Sequence record: SRR31156797_3034
Reading direction: 5' to 3' (one strand)
Length of the DNA: 52,675 nt
The notes below the pieces were generated by a model that ran no database searches, was not told where the DNA came from, and saw only the letters and a program-made list of their open reading frames with translations. How positions within the stretch are numbered: the first letter of the stretch is position 1; each line of letters begins with the position of its first letter. Shown in pieces: positions 29,020-40,061 of this stretch. A program made the position numbers and the translations under genes.

Positions 29020-30096
29020 ATGGAAATCTTTAGAGTTTTAGTCATTAACCCGGGATCTACTTCAACCAAAATTGCAGTGTATGACAATGAAAAATCTATC
29101 TTTTTAAAAAACATTAAACATACGAATGAAGAATTAGCTCCTTTTAATACCATTTCTGACCAATATGAATTTCGGAAAGAAGTGATATTGAATGAATTAA
29201 TAAGAGCAGATATAGATATTGAACGAATCAATGGCGTAGTAGGCAGGGGAGGTTTGGTTAAACCAATTCAGTCGGGTGTATATGAGGTAAATGAAGCCTT
29301 AAAACGAGATTTGAGAATTGGAGTCTTAGGTGAACATGCGAGTAATCTAGGTGGGCTAATTGCTGATGATATTGCACGTTCGTTGCCTGAGGCTAAAGCA
29401 TATATTGCAGATCCAGTTGTTGTTGATGAACTGGATGATGTAGCCAGAATAACAGGTTGTCCAAGTATGCCAAGACAATCCATTTTTCATGCCTTAAACC
29501 AAAAAGCTGTAGGTAGATTGTTTGCACGTACCAGAGGTTTTGTTTACGAAGAGCTAAACCTAATTGTGGCTCATATGGGAGGAGGTATTTCAATAGGAGC
29601 CCACCGAAAAGGTAAAGTAGTGGATGTAAATAATGCCATTGATGGTTACGGACCGTTTTCTCCAGAAAGAGCGGGTACCTTGCCAACAGGAGCACTGATA
29701 AAAGCTTGTTTTAGCGGAAAGCATACATATGAGGAGATGAAAAAGATTGTGAATGGTAAAGGAGGATTAGTAGCTCATTTAGGAACGAATCAGGCATACG
29801 AAGTGGAGAAAAGGGTTCAGGCAGGCGATAAACATGCAGAACTTGTGTTAAGTGCCATGTGTTATCAAATAGCCAAAGCTATTGGAGGATGCGCAACGGT
29901 TTTAAAGGGAAAAGTAAATGGTATAATTTTAACAGGAGGTATTGCCCACGATAAATTTGTTGTCGATTATATCAGAGAAAGGGTAGATTTTATTGCGCCC
30001 GTTGCTGTATATCCTGGAGAAGATGAAATGACAGCCTTAATGCAGAATGGATTAATGGCACTTCGAAATCAGGTACAGTGTAAAGTTTACGAGTAA
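29020..30096 (+). CDS. buk: Butyrate kinase
   Basis: INPGSTSTK, GRGGL, HASNLG, DPVVVDE, HALNQKA, HMGGGISIGAH, YPGEDEM. Confidence 0.95.
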   Translation: MEIFRVLVINPGSTSTKIAVYDNEKSIFLKNIKHTNEELAPFNTISDQYEFRKEVILNELIRADIDIERINGVVGRGGLVKPIQSGVYEVNEALKRDLRIGVLGEHASNLGGLIADDIARSLPEAKAYIADPVVVDELDDVARITGCPSMPRQSIFHALNQKAVGRLFARTRGFVYEELNLIVAHMGGGISIGAHRKGKVVDVNNAIDGYGPFSPERAGTLPTGALIKACFSGKHTYEEMKKIVNGKGGLVAHLGTNQAYEVEKRVQAGDKHAELVLSAMCYQIAKAIGGCATVLKGKVNGIILTGGIAHDKFVVDYIRERVDFIAPVAVYPGEDEMTALMQNGLMALRNQVQCKVYE

Positions 30097-30128
30097 AGAA
30101 AGATTAGTATTTCATCATATTTTATATG

Positions 30129-30163
30129 AAGTTGTCAGTGTGCTACATTGGCAACTTTTTTTT
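30129..30163 (+). terminator. Intrinsic terminator
   Basis: AAGTTGTCAGTG-TGCTA-CATTGGCAACTT followed by a T-run. Confidence 0.7.
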
Positions 30164-30195
30164 ATTATTGCAGTGTTTAGCCAATTAATTAAGTA

Positions 30196-31491
30196 ATGAC
30201 AGAATTAATATCGATCCATAATCTGATAAATACGAATAATGTGGCTTATTTATTAATAATAGGGGCTTCATTAGTCATTATTCTATCCTATTTATTTTCT
30301 GTTTTATCTCAAAAAACTGCAGTTCCCAGTGTAATCATGTTGATTTTACTGGGTTTTTTTTCAAAGGAACTTTTTAATATTGGAGTAGACGATATTGATT
30401 GGCTTTTTCCACTGGAGATATTAGGAATTGTAGGTTTAATGTTAATTGTATTAGAAGGAGCTTTAGACTTAAAGCTTTCAAAGGAAAGGTGGCCAATGAT
30501 ATGGAAGTCTGGATTAATTGCCTTGGTTTCTTTGCTTGTTAATGTATATATATTCGCTTACGGACTGCAGTTAATTATAAATAATTTGGATTTCCTAACT
30601 GCGTTTATTTATGCGATTCCACTTTCTATCATCAGTAGTGCTATTGTTATTCCAAGTGTCAGTCAACTGGATGAAGAAAAGAAAGAGTTTTTAATTTATG
30701 AAAGCACCTTATCAGATATATTTGGATTAATCCTTTTCTATACTGTTATTAATAATGTAAATACTGGTGAAGTTACAAAAATAGGATTTAGTGTCATTTC
30801 AAATATAGGAGGTACATTAATTTTATCAGTAATCATTTCTTATTTAATGATTATATTTTTTCAAAGAATTAATACGCAGGTTAAGCTATTTCTTTTTATC
30901 TCCGTTCTATTATTATTGTACGCAGTAGGTAAAGTCTTCCATTTATCATCTTTATTAATCATCCTGGTTTTTGGTTTAATATTAGAAAATAGACAAATCT
31001 TTTTTTCCGGTTTTATGAAGAAGTTCTTAATGGAAGAAAAGGTAAAACAAGTATTAACCGATTTTAAACTGTTAACAGCAGAAAGTGCATTTGTTGTTCG
31101 AACTTTTTTCTTTTTTGTATTTGGCTTAAGTATCACGATAGCCGGAATATTTAAAACGAAAGTAGTTCTTGGAGCATTGGCGTTTTTGTTAATATTGTTT
31201 ATAGTAAGATGGGCACTTTTTAAATTAATTGTCAAGAAAGATTTTATACCTCAGGTTTTTATCGCTCCTCGAGGATTGATATCAGTTTTGCTTTATTTTG
31301 CTATACCGGCTGATTTTTTAATCAACGATTTTGAGACTGGGTTATTGTTGTTTATTATTTTAGGGACAGGTGTTGCAATGGCCTGGTCTTTGGTACATTA
31401 TAAATTAGGAAAGCCAGGGAGATTAAGAAGAGTTGTAAAGGTTAAAACAATTATGGTTGGTTTTAAAAACCATTCTGAAATAAATAAGTAA
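30196..31491 (+). CDS. Cation:proton antiporter (CPA family)
   Basis: About 12-13 TM segments, LEGALDL, ISSAIVIP, ESTLSDIFG, APRGLIS. Confidence 0.8.
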   Translation: MTELISIHNLINTNNVAYLLIIGASLVIILSYLFSVLSQKTAVPSVIMLILLGFFSKELFNIGVDDIDWLFPLEILGIVGLMLIVLEGALDLKLSKERWPMIWKSGLIALVSLLVNVYIFAYGLQLIINNLDFLTAFIYAIPLSIISSAIVIPSVSQLDEEKKEFLIYESTLSDIFGLILFYTVINNVNTGEVTKIGFSVISNIGGTLILSVIISYLMIIFFQRINTQVKLFLFISVLLLLYAVGKVFHLSSLLIILVFGLILENRQIFFSGFMKKFLMEEKVKQVLTDFKLLTAESAFVVRTFFFFVFGLSITIAGIFKTKVVLGALAFLLILFIVRWALFKLIVKKDFIPQVFIAPRGLISVLLYFAIPADFLINDFETGLLLFIILGTGVAMAWSLVHYKLGKPGRLRRVVKVKTIMVGFKNHSEINK

Positions 31492-31527
31492 ACAGAACAA
31501 TACTGTTAGTTCTGATAATGTAAATCT

Positions 31528-33732
31528 ATGGATATAAAAAAAATAAAGTTAAGTGTAATTGCCTTGTGTCTTCAGATTCTATTTTCATTTGTAGCCAATG
31601 CACAAATTAGTCAAGGAGGAAATCCAGGTTTGAGTTTTAAAGATATTAATATTAGTCAGACTAATTGTAAAACACATCACTTTACACCTTCTGCTTCACA
31701 GTTAAAAAGAACTAATTTACCATCAAAAGGACAGGCTTTTCAGTTTGCACATCAATTTACCGTCAATTATACACCTGATAATTCTGGGCAATGGACATTT
31801 TTAGAAGACGGAACCCGTGTTTGGCAACTGTTAATTACTTCACCGGAGGCGTATTCAATCAATTTAATTTTTGATAGATATGTTTTGCCCGAAGGAGCAC
31901 AACTCTTTATTTATAATATTGATAAGTCTGATGTAATTGGTGCGTTTACACATAAAAATAATAAGCCATCCGGTATTTTAGCAACAGTTCCGGTTGAAGG
32001 AGATTCCATCATAGTAGAATATCAGGAACCTATAAATGCAGAATTTAAAGGGGAACTGATGGTAGGAGCAGTTAATCACGATTTTATAGGAATTCATAAG
32101 AAAAATTCCTTGAAAACGGGATATTTTGGAGATTCTGGAGCTTGCAATACTGATGTTTCCTGTTATGATGTCGATGATAATTTGGGAATAAGAAGGTCTG
32201 TTGTTAAGTTAATTATCAATGGAAGTGAATTATGCACAGGTACTTTGATAAATAATCAATTGAATGATGGAACTCCATATATTGTAACTGCAGCCCATTG
32301 CTTAAGACAGGATAATACAGCTACAAAAGTGATTGCCTATTTTAATTATGAAGTTCCACATTGTATTGAAAGTATTGAGGGAAGTAAGGATTTTACCATT
32401 TCGGAAGGTGCTACGAAAGTATTGGTGGATAGCCTGGATATTGCATTGTTCGAATTATCTGATTTGCCACCGGAGAATTACAAGCCATATTATGCAGGAT
32501 GGAATAGGAGCACAACGCTTTCTAAACCATTTAAGTCCATTCATCACCCAGAGGGAGATGTAAAAAAAATAGCGACATTCGAAGGCGATTTGCAGGAAGT
32601 ATCATTTATAGAACCTGCTAATATGCCTTATGCTCAGGTAGAAAAATTTCATTGGAGAGTGAGCCGTTGGACAAGTGGAACTACAGAAGTAGGATCGTCA
32701 GGCTGTCCTTTGTTTGATGGACAAAATCTTTTCATAGGAACCTTATCTGGAGGCGCTGCTTATTGTGGAAACCCTGTGAATGATTATTTTGCTCAGTTTT
32801 GTGATGGGTGGGATCATAATTTAAATTGGAACTCAGAAGCCAGCGATCAGGAATATTTTGCCCCATGGTTAGATCCGGCAGGCACCGATGTTCAGTCTAT
32901 TGATGGATATGATCCTTATAAAGAACAAGAAATAACAAGACTGACGAATATTGAGTCTAATGATACGCCGCAAAAAACCACAATTAGCGAAGGAGGGTAT
33001 TTATCAGGACACAATGGAAACTTTAGTTTAGCTTATGCCGAAAAATTTTCAGGCATTAAATCAGCTACCATTAATGGCGTTTTCGTGATGCCTTCGCAAT
33101 ATGTGTATAATTCAACTCAAACTATAAATATAGCAGTTTGGAATGGTTCAGATTATCCCGAGGATTTAATAGCCTTAAAAGAAGGGGTTAATATTTCAGG
33201 ATTAAAATCCAATATGGAGCATTTTATTCCTTTAACAACTCCTGTAGCTGTAACAGGTAACTTTTTTATAGGTTTTGAGATTAACTACAATAGTGAATCT
33301 GTGGATTATATGGCTATGTATTATTCATCTGCTGAAAGTAAAGAGAACAACAATATGTTGGTGTATAATGAGTCGTCAGGATGGCAATATGCATCTGAAC
33401 TTTATAATGATAATTTAAATTTTACGCTTTGGGTTGATGCATTGGCCGAAAATGTTGTTTATGGAGATACTGTTATTGAAACATCCAAAGGTAAAGATGT
33501 GACTTTGTTTCCCAATCCTGTTGATGAAGCTTATTTCTATATAAATAGTAATAACAACTTTTTAGCACGATATGAAATTCTTGATCTATACGGAAGGGTT
33601 ATAGATAATGGTGGATTAAATAGTAATTCTTCACGAATTCCAATTTATGCTGGAGAATTGAATTCAGGTTTATATATCTTAAAGCTTTACAGTGAGGATA
33701 AACAAATTGTAAAAAAGATATTGGTTAAATAA
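31528..33732 (+). CDS. Trypsin-like (lysyl endopeptidase-type) serine protease with T9SS C-terminal sorting domain
   Basis: Signal peptide, CTGTLINN, TAAHC, IHHPEGDVKK, GSSGCPLF; CTD LFPNPV...GLYILKL...KKILVK. Confidence 0.85.
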   Translation: MDIKKIKLSVIALCLQILFSFVANAQISQGGNPGLSFKDINISQTNCKTHHFTPSASQLKRTNLPSKGQAFQFAHQFTVNYTPDNSGQWTFLEDGTRVWQLLITSPEAYSINLIFDRYVLPEGAQLFIYNIDKSDVIGAFTHKNNKPSGILATVPVEGDSIIVEYQEPINAEFKGELMVGAVNHDFIGIHKKNSLKTGYFGDSGACNTDVSCYDVDDNLGIRRSVVKLIINGSELCTGTLINNQLNDGTPYIVTAAHCLRQDNTATKVIAYFNYEVPHCIESIEGSKDFTISEGATKVLVDSLDIALFELSDLPPENYKPYYAGWNRSTTLSKPFKSIHHPEGDVKKIATFEGDLQEVSFIEPANMPYAQVEKFHWRVSRWTSGTTEVGSSGCPLFDGQNLFIGTLSGGAAYCGNPVNDYFAQFCDGWDHNLNWNSEASDQEYFAPWLDPAGTDVQSIDGYDPYKEQEITRLTNIESNDTPQKTTISEGGYLSGHNGNFSLAYAEKFSGIKSATINGVFVMPSQYVYNSTQTINIAVWNGSDYPEDLIALKEGVNISGLKSNMEHFIPLTTPVAVTGNFFIGFEINYNSESVDYMAMYYSSAESKENNNMLVYNESSGWQYASELYNDNLNFTLWVDALAENVVYGDTVIETSKGKDVTLFPNPVDEAYFYINSNNNFLARYEILDLYGRVIDNGGLNSNSSRIPIYAGELNSGLYILKLYSEDKQIVKKILVK

Positions 33733-33735
33733 AGG

Positions 33736-34716
33736 CTATTCAATTATCTTTAATTCATCGAAACAAATATATGGAGGAGTATTCATTACTCCGTTTTCTG
33801 TATCAGATGAATGAAGAGAAAACTCTAGACGGGATATTTTACCTAGTGATTCAAGGTTCACAGTTCCCCAGGTATCTAAAATATAATTGTCTCTATTGTT
33901 ACCAAAAGTATAATTTGCTAAATAAATATTGATTGTTTCAGTATTGGTGTTTTCTTTGGTAAAGCCACTTACTGATAAAATCAACCAATCTCCAGTATCG
34001 CCTCCAAATTTAACAGAACCATTAGTGCCATTTTTAATTGAATTATATAAGTAATAACTGTTACATAATTCTATACTTTTAAAAAGATGATTTTCCTGAT
34101 CTAAAGTTTGTACTGTAATTGGCGTTCCAACTTGATCGAACATCATTACACCTAATACCGTAGATTCAAATTCACTAGGTTTGGTATAGGCACTATATTT
34201 TTCATCATCTTCTTCTGTTTGATTTCCAACTAAATTAGAATAGGTAAAACCTGTCCAGTTGGTTGAGAAATATGAATTGTTAGATTCAAATACAAGTTGT
34301 TCAGATATAAAAGACGCTTGGTTTTCAATATTTGTCCAAAAACTATTTTTTTCAAAAACTATATCTTCAAAATCAGTTTTGTACATTGACTGCACTACAA
34401 CTTCCATTTCATCGCTACCTCTGTCGTTTGTGACCTCAAAAGTGAATACATATTTCTTTAACTCTTTAGGTATAAGGGTGTAGTTTTTATCTGTACTTAC
34501 GATATTACCATCTAATATCCATTGATAGGAAGAGCTTTGGTCATAGGTTATTTTTGGAGATAAAACCAGTGTATCATTTACATTTAGCTCGTACCCATCA
34601 TCAGGCATATTAATATATATTTCAGAAGCAGGAAGATCTTTCTCATATGCTTCACAAGCGTATAAACAAGAAACAATTGATACGGATACAATAAGTAATT
34701 GAAACAAAGACTTCAT
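33736..34716 (-). CDS. Lipoprotein with PKD-like and DUF4465 domains
   Basis: Lipobox-like LYAC, YQWILDG...VTNDRG, WTGFTYSN, SSDTENGVMNTPPYICFD. Confidence 0.75.
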   Translation of the reverse strand: MKSLFQLLIVSVSIVSCLYACEAYEKDLPASEIYINMPDDGYELNVNDTLVLSPKITYDQSSSYQWILDGNIVSTDKNYTLIPKELKKYVFTFEVTNDRGSDEMEVVVQSMYKTDFEDIVFEKNSFWTNIENQASFISEQLVFESNNSYFSTNWTGFTYSNLVGNQTEEDDEKYSAYTKPSEFESTVLGVMMFDQVGTPITVQTLDQENHLFKSIELCNSYYLYNSIKNGTNGSVKFGGDTGDWLILSVSGFTKENTNTETINIYLANYTFGNNRDNYILDTWGTVNLESLGKISRLEFSLHSSDTENGVMNTPPYICFDELKIIE

Positions 34717-34731
34717 TGAGAAAATGATAAT

Positions 34732-36144
34732 TTAATTGTTTTTAAAATAGTGATCGATAAAGCCGGGAACCTGTTCTGCACCAATTCTTTTGGCAATTAT
34801 TTTTTTGTTTTCGTCCAGGATGTATATTACCGGAGTACTGTATATATCATATAAGTTTCTGAAGTTGGTTTGATTATAAGGGTCATATACATTTATCCAT
34901 TCTTCCAATTGATGTTCAGTAATGAACTTTGTCCATTCTTCCTGTTCAAATTGTGTAAACACAGCAAATATCTTAACTCCTTTATCTTGATATTTATCCC
35001 AAACCAATTCTTTAATTTTAGGAATCTCCTTTTTGCAATGTCCACAATCAGGTTCCCAAAAAACCAATAAAGTTAGTTTAGCATAGACTTCGCTTAATTT
35101 AAAAGATTGGTTATTATAGGAAATCATTTTTAAGTCAGAAGCTTGATTACCAATGAGATTTGGTTTTATTTTAGTTATTCTTTCCTCTAGTTTGGTAATA
35201 AACTCTTCATCAACCCAATCGGCAATTCCGGATAAATAATATTTTTCACCAAGAGCTACCATGGCAGCATCCATACCCATATTTTTACTTTCGTTTACAA
35301 GATTAAAAGTATATTGAATCAGATATTTTTGCATTTCCTTATTATCTCCAGCCAAAGCAATTACTTTATTAGCTTCTTTGACAATACTATCTGGTATTTG
35401 AACTACTGTTTTTGTAAAAAAACTCTCCAATTTATTTGTGAAGAATGGTGTATGTAAAATACGTTCATCTGTCATATCGATATTATCAAAATAGTGGGCT
35501 TTGTAATACTGATATTTTTTTAGCTGAATAACAGAGTCTGGTTCATTTGAATTCTTAAAATCAGGAACCTTTATTTCTCTCATAGCATTAATAAAAGATG
35601 ACAAAAATGTACCTTGATGTTCTTTTAATATTTTGTCCCAGTAGTTATTCACATTTACAGAAAGTTGAGAAAGCTCTTCTTTCCATATATCTACTGAATC
35701 AGGATATTGATTTTCTTTTATTTTGTTTTGGAATTCGTTTGCCTTTTTCTGTTGATTAAAAATAAACTTTTGGTAGTCATTAAACGCTTTTTCCTGTTTA
35801 TTACCTTTAATGCTTAATGTTTGAACTGGATCATCTTTGCTGGCTGTAATTGAAAAATGTTGTTCATCATCAATAATAATATCAAAATACTTTTGATCAG
35901 GCATATAAATGATATAAACACCTCCCGGTAAAGCTTCATCACCCTGAAATGTGCCGGAACCATTATAATCAATATAAATAGTATCATTCACCAACATTTT
36001 CTTATTAAAATAGTGTCCTAAAATTAAGGTTGTATCTTGCCAACCTTTAACTGTTACATCTATTTTATATGCTTGAGCTGAAACTATGATAGGTGCAATA
36101 GATAAAAAAAAGGTAATTATTAAATATGCTCTAAAATTATTCAT
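34732..36144 (-). CDS. TlpA-like redoxin with DUF4369/DUF5106-like N-terminal domains
   Basis: Signal peptide, FWEPDCGHCKKE, YDIYSTPVIYILD; ATG 36144 avoids overlap with the upstream gene. Confidence 0.8.
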   Translation of the reverse strand: MNNFRAYLIITFFLSIAPIIVSAQAYKIDVTVKGWQDTTLILGHYFNKKMLVNDTIYIDYNGSGTFQGDEALPGGVYIIYMPDQKYFDIIIDDEQHFSITASKDDPVQTLSIKGNKQEKAFNDYQKFIFNQQKKANEFQNKIKENQYPDSVDIWKEELSQLSVNVNNYWDKILKEHQGTFLSSFINAMREIKVPDFKNSNEPDSVIQLKKYQYYKAHYFDNIDMTDERILHTPFFTNKLESFFTKTVVQIPDSIVKEANKVIALAGDNKEMQKYLIQYTFNLVNESKNMGMDAAMVALGEKYYLSGIADWVDEEFITKLEERITKIKPNLIGNQASDLKMISYNNQSFKLSEVYAKLTLLVFWEPDCGHCKKEIPKIKELVWDKYQDKGVKIFAVFTQFEQEEWTKFITEHQLEEWINVYDPYNQTNFRNLYDIYSTPVIYILDENKKIIAKRIGAEQVPGFIDHYFKNN

Positions 36145-36154
36145 GATGTTCAAA

Positions 36155-37051
36155 TTATTTATCAATAGTTGAAAGATGACCTAATTTAAATAAATCAAAA
36201 ACTACTAAATTAGGATTTTGTCCTTTTAGATTAGAAATAATTAAGGGCTTTGTGATATAGTATAAAAATCTAATAATATTATTTAGATAGTATTTTTTTA
36301 GTCTTGCATAATATTTTAATAGGGTTATGCGGTTCAGTAATTCTTGATTGTAATCAGAATGTTGCATTATATAAACAATATTTTCAATCGCCGATTGAGA
36401 TTTTTGTATATACTCCTCATTAAAGTCTATACCTAGGTGAATAGCTGGGTTATCAATGTGTTGTATTTTTGTTTTTTGGATCTCAAGGTTTATGCCAAAT
36501 AAAGTATCTTCATGCCCATATTTTCTAATTTTTTCATTGAATTTAATCAAGTCAAATAATTCCTTTTTAATTAAAAAATTATTCGATGTAAAACTATTAT
36601 ATGGATTAATCATTCTTTCTTTAGCTTTTATATCTTCTCTTACTTTTCCTGCTTTCCATCTTAATGACTGTTTTGAAGAAGGACATACACTTGGATGTAA
36701 AGTACCACCGCAAATTACTTCAGTAGTTAAATTTACATTACTTAAATAGTTATTTAAGAAATTAGATTGAATATCAGAATCACAGTCTAAAAAAAGAATA
36801 TACTGATATTTAGCTATTCCAGCTATTCTGTTTCTAATGGCAGCACGTCCTACATTACTTGGAGACCTATAAAACGTCACTTGTGGAAAATTTTCAATTT
36901 CCTTATTTAGGTTTAAAACTTCTTTGTCGGAAGATCTGTCATCTCCCAGAATAAGCTCTATATTATAATTTGTATTTTCAATTTGAAATACTAGTTTTTT
37001 TACTAGATCCCTAATGTCATAGTTATACAATGGAATACAAATAGAAAGCAT
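36155..37051 (-). CDS. Glycosyltransferase family 2
   Basis: LSICIPLYN, GDDRS, GRAAIRN, FLDCD, YGHEDTLFG. Confidence 0.88.
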   Translation of the reverse strand: MLSICIPLYNYDIRDLVKKLVFQIENTNYNIELILGDDRSSDKEVLNLNKEIENFPQVTFYRSPSNVGRAAIRNRIAGIAKYQYILFLDCDSDIQSNFLNNYLSNVNLTTEVICGGTLHPSVCPSSKQSLRWKAGKVREDIKAKERMINPYNSFTSNNFLIKKELFDLIKFNEKIRKYGHEDTLFGINLEIQKTKIQHIDNPAIHLGIDFNEEYIQKSQSAIENIVYIMQHSDYNQELLNRITLLKYYARLKKYYLNNIIRFLYYITKPLIISNLKGQNPNLVVFDLFKLGHLSTIDK

Positions 37052-37064
37052 ACTTTTTTATGAT

Positions 37065-38843
37065 TTACAACGCTTTTGTTTGTTCCTTTAACCAGTTTTT
37101 AAGCTCATCATCCAACAGCGGAGATAATTTATCATAAACTGTTTGGTGATACTGATTTAGCCATTCAAGTTCTTCGTGATTTAATAAGGAAACTTCAATT
37201 GATTTAAGGTCAATAGGGCAGAGGGTTAGTGTTTCAAACTTAAGAAAATCACCAAAGTCAGAGTTTTTTGAAGAAACAGTTAAAATCAGGTTTTCGATAC
37301 GAATTCCATATTCTCCGGCTCTATATAACCCCGGTTCGTTTGAAGTAACCATACCTTCCTTAAAAGCTATGCCATTATCTTCCGGGCGAATACTTTGCGG
37401 TCCTTCATGAACATTTAAAAAACAACCAACTCCATGACCTGTTCCATGACCGTAATTTAATCCTTTTGACCATAGTGGTTTTCTGGCTAATATATCCAGG
37501 TGAACTCCTCTGGTTCCGACAGGAAAACATGTGGTAGATAAAGCTATGTTTCCTTTCAGCACCATAGTAAAGTCAATTTTTTGTTGCTCAGTAGGTTCTC
37601 CCAGGTGGAAAGTTCTGGTAATATCTGTTGTACCTTCCAAATACTGGCCTCCAGAATCAACCAAATAAAAGTTATCAGGTTTCAGTTTTATATTCGTTTC
37701 TTTAGATACTGAGTAGTGAACAATTGCTCCATGTTCAGCAAATCCTGATATGGTTGTAAATGAATCACCTATGTAGTTTTCGTTTTCACTTCTAAACTTT
37801 TTCAATTGTTTTGAAGCTACTAACTCACTAACTTCTCCAAAAGGAACATTTTTTTCGAGCCAATGAATAAATTTAACCATAGCCACTCCATCTTTAATCA
37901 TGGCTTTTCTAAATCCATCTTGTTCTGTTTTGTTTTTAGTTCCTTTTAAATCCTTCACTATACTTGCTAATTCTACTTTAACGACTTCTTTAGGAATTAA
38001 AGAGAAGATTTTTGCATTAGTTGTGGATGGATCAAAAATTAAACCTGATTCAACAGGCATTTCTTTTACCCATTTAAAAATATCGGTATATAAATGGATG
38101 GATATATCATCTTTTGAGAGCTCTTTACCAATTGAGGATGTGATTTTATGGGTATCAATAAATAAATAAACTGCATCAAGCGATATAATCATATAGGCAT
38201 GAAATACAGGATTGTAAGGCACATCGTTTCCTCTTAAATTTAAAGTCCAGGCAATTTCATCTAGAGATGTAACAATGTAATGCGATGCATCTTGCTGGCG
38301 CATCGCATTTCGGATTTGTTCAATTTTTTCAGTTCGACTTAATCCTGCATATTGTGTTTCGTGAACAAAAATACTATTCTCCGGAATAGGAGGTCTTCCT
38401 TCCCATATATCGTCCAGTAAAGTCTGATTGGGATCAAGGGTGATACCATAATGTTTATATTTTTTAGAAAGTCTTCGGGCTTCATTTATTGAAAAAACTT
38501 CGCCTTCAAAAGCCAGTTTACTTCCCGGGTCTAATCTTTCTGCGATCCAATCAATATAATCTGGTGTTTCCGGTTCAGAAGATTTAAATAAATCTATTCC
38601 TGAACCTTCCAACTCTTGTTCTGCTTGTAAATAATATCTACTGTCTGTCCATAAGCCTGCTTCGTCAGCTAATATAACAACAGTTCCTGCTGATCCAGTA
38701 AATCCTGAAATAAATTCTCTTTTTTTCCAGTGTGCAGCGGTGTATTCGCTCATATGCGGATCACTACCAGGAATGATATACGCATCAATTCCTATGGATA
38801 ACATTTTAGTACGCAGCAAGAAAATAAGATCGGCAGTAGACAT
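37065..38843 (-). CDS. Aminopeptidase P (M24B)
   Basis: DPHMSEY, SGFTGSAG, DSGGQYLEGTTDITRT, HGTGHGVG, VHEGPQ, NEPG, GIRIEN. Confidence 0.92.
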   Translation of the reverse strand: MSTADLIFLLRTKMLSIGIDAYIIPGSDPHMSEYTAAHWKKREFISGFTGSAGTVVILADEAGLWTDSRYYLQAEQELEGSGIDLFKSSEPETPDYIDWIAERLDPGSKLAFEGEVFSINEARRLSKKYKHYGITLDPNQTLLDDIWEGRPPIPENSIFVHETQYAGLSRTEKIEQIRNAMRQQDASHYIVTSLDEIAWTLNLRGNDVPYNPVFHAYMIISLDAVYLFIDTHKITSSIGKELSKDDISIHLYTDIFKWVKEMPVESGLIFDPSTTNAKIFSLIPKEVVKVELASIVKDLKGTKNKTEQDGFRKAMIKDGVAMVKFIHWLEKNVPFGEVSELVASKQLKKFRSENENYIGDSFTTISGFAEHGAIVHYSVSKETNIKLKPDNFYLVDSGGQYLEGTTDITRTFHLGEPTEQQKIDFTMVLKGNIALSTTCFPVGTRGVHLDILARKPLWSKGLNYGHGTGHGVGCFLNVHEGPQSIRPEDNGIAFKEGMVTSNEPGLYRAGEYGIRIENLILTVSSKNSDFGDFLKFETLTLCPIDLKSIEVSLLNHEELEWLNQYHQTVYDKLSPLLDDELKNWLKEQTKAL

Positions 38844-38859
38844 AATGCAATATTTTAAA

Positions 38860-39909
38860 TTATTTAAAAATTATATTTTCATCACGGTTAAAGATAATAA
38901 CTTTTGATTTTGTATCCGGGTTAAATCCAACATCTCCGGAAAAGGATTGGTTTAGATTTTCGGTGTATATCTCAAGGTTGTTTCCTTTGTTATGAATCAG
39001 TTTTCCATTTATTACTTCTCCGTTTAAAATATATGAACAGGATGGATTGAGTTGAATTTGCGTTTTTGTTTGGTGATTACTTATTGTTAATTCGTTAAAA
39101 TCAACTGATGAGTTTAAAATATTAACACTTCCTCCGGTACAATTTAATTTTGCCTTTTTTCTAAAGTTACCAATGGATAGAATGCTATTTTGGCTGTTTA
39201 TTTCAACGCTGTCAATATTGGAAATGCTTATTAAATCAACTTCGGAATGCCCATTAAAAGATTCACATTGATTTATTTGTAACTGATTGTATGACGATTG
39301 AACTTGAATATGCTCTGCTTTTAAAATTTCAATAACAGAATTTTTTACCTGCAGGTGTGTGTTACCAACCTGATTTATTTTGCCGTTACATTGATTAAGA
39401 ACAATATGATTTTCAATGGAATCATTAATCGGGTTTAGTCCTTTAAAAAAAATATCACAATGTGAAATATTAGCATATGTTCCACCTAAAACATTTCCAA
39501 CATTAACTTTTCCATGTTCGTTTTCAATTCGTAACGCTAAAGAGTCAGGGTAGAAGATAGTGTATTTAATAGTATAAGGAATAGTACGATTAAAATCTTT
39601 AATATAGCTAGTTTTTACCTGTAAGGTATTTTCATAGCCAACAACATTAATTTTTACCTCTTCAAGCATTTCTTCTGACAGATTTGGTTTGTCTGAAAGA
39701 ATCTCAATGTTAGTTTCTACGCTAATGGAATCTTTATCCCAATTTAGCAAATTGATTTCAGCATGTTTTGCCCTAATATCTAGTTTATTTATTTTGTTTA
39801 GTGCAAATGCCTCAAACGTGTACCTTTTAAATTTGGTAGAAATTACTGTTTGAGAATTTAAGGTTAAAGAATGAATAAAAAGTAATAATATTATAATCGT
39901 TTTATACAT
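38860..39909 (-). CDS. Hypothetical exported beta-strand-repeat protein (DUF4097-like)
   Basis: Signal peptide, LDIRAKHAEINLLNWDKDSI, LRIENEHGKVNV, Asn/Ile-rich repeats. Confidence 0.6.
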   Translation of the reverse strand: MYKTIIILLLFIHSLTLNSQTVISTKFKRYTFEAFALNKINKLDIRAKHAEINLLNWDKDSISVETNIEILSDKPNLSEEMLEEVKINVVGYENTLQVKTSYIKDFNRTIPYTIKYTIFYPDSLALRIENEHGKVNVGNVLGGTYANISHCDIFFKGLNPINDSIENHIVLNQCNGKINQVGNTHLQVKNSVIEILKAEHIQVQSSYNQLQINQCESFNGHSEVDLISISNIDSVEINSQNSILSIGNFRKKAKLNCTGGSVNILNSSVDFNELTISNHQTKTQIQLNPSCSYILNGEVINGKLIHNKGNNLEIYTENLNQSFSGDVGFNPDTKSKVIIFNRDENIIFK

Positions 39910-40061
39910 GCAATTTTATTTTGTACTTAGAAATGCAAATGTTCAATTAATTAATATGACAAACATTCTTTATCTCTAAAGTTTAAATCGTGGCAAAAAT
40001 AGAGAAATAATGATGCAAGCGAAAATTATTATTCAATATCATATTTTTGGTTTTAGGTGTT

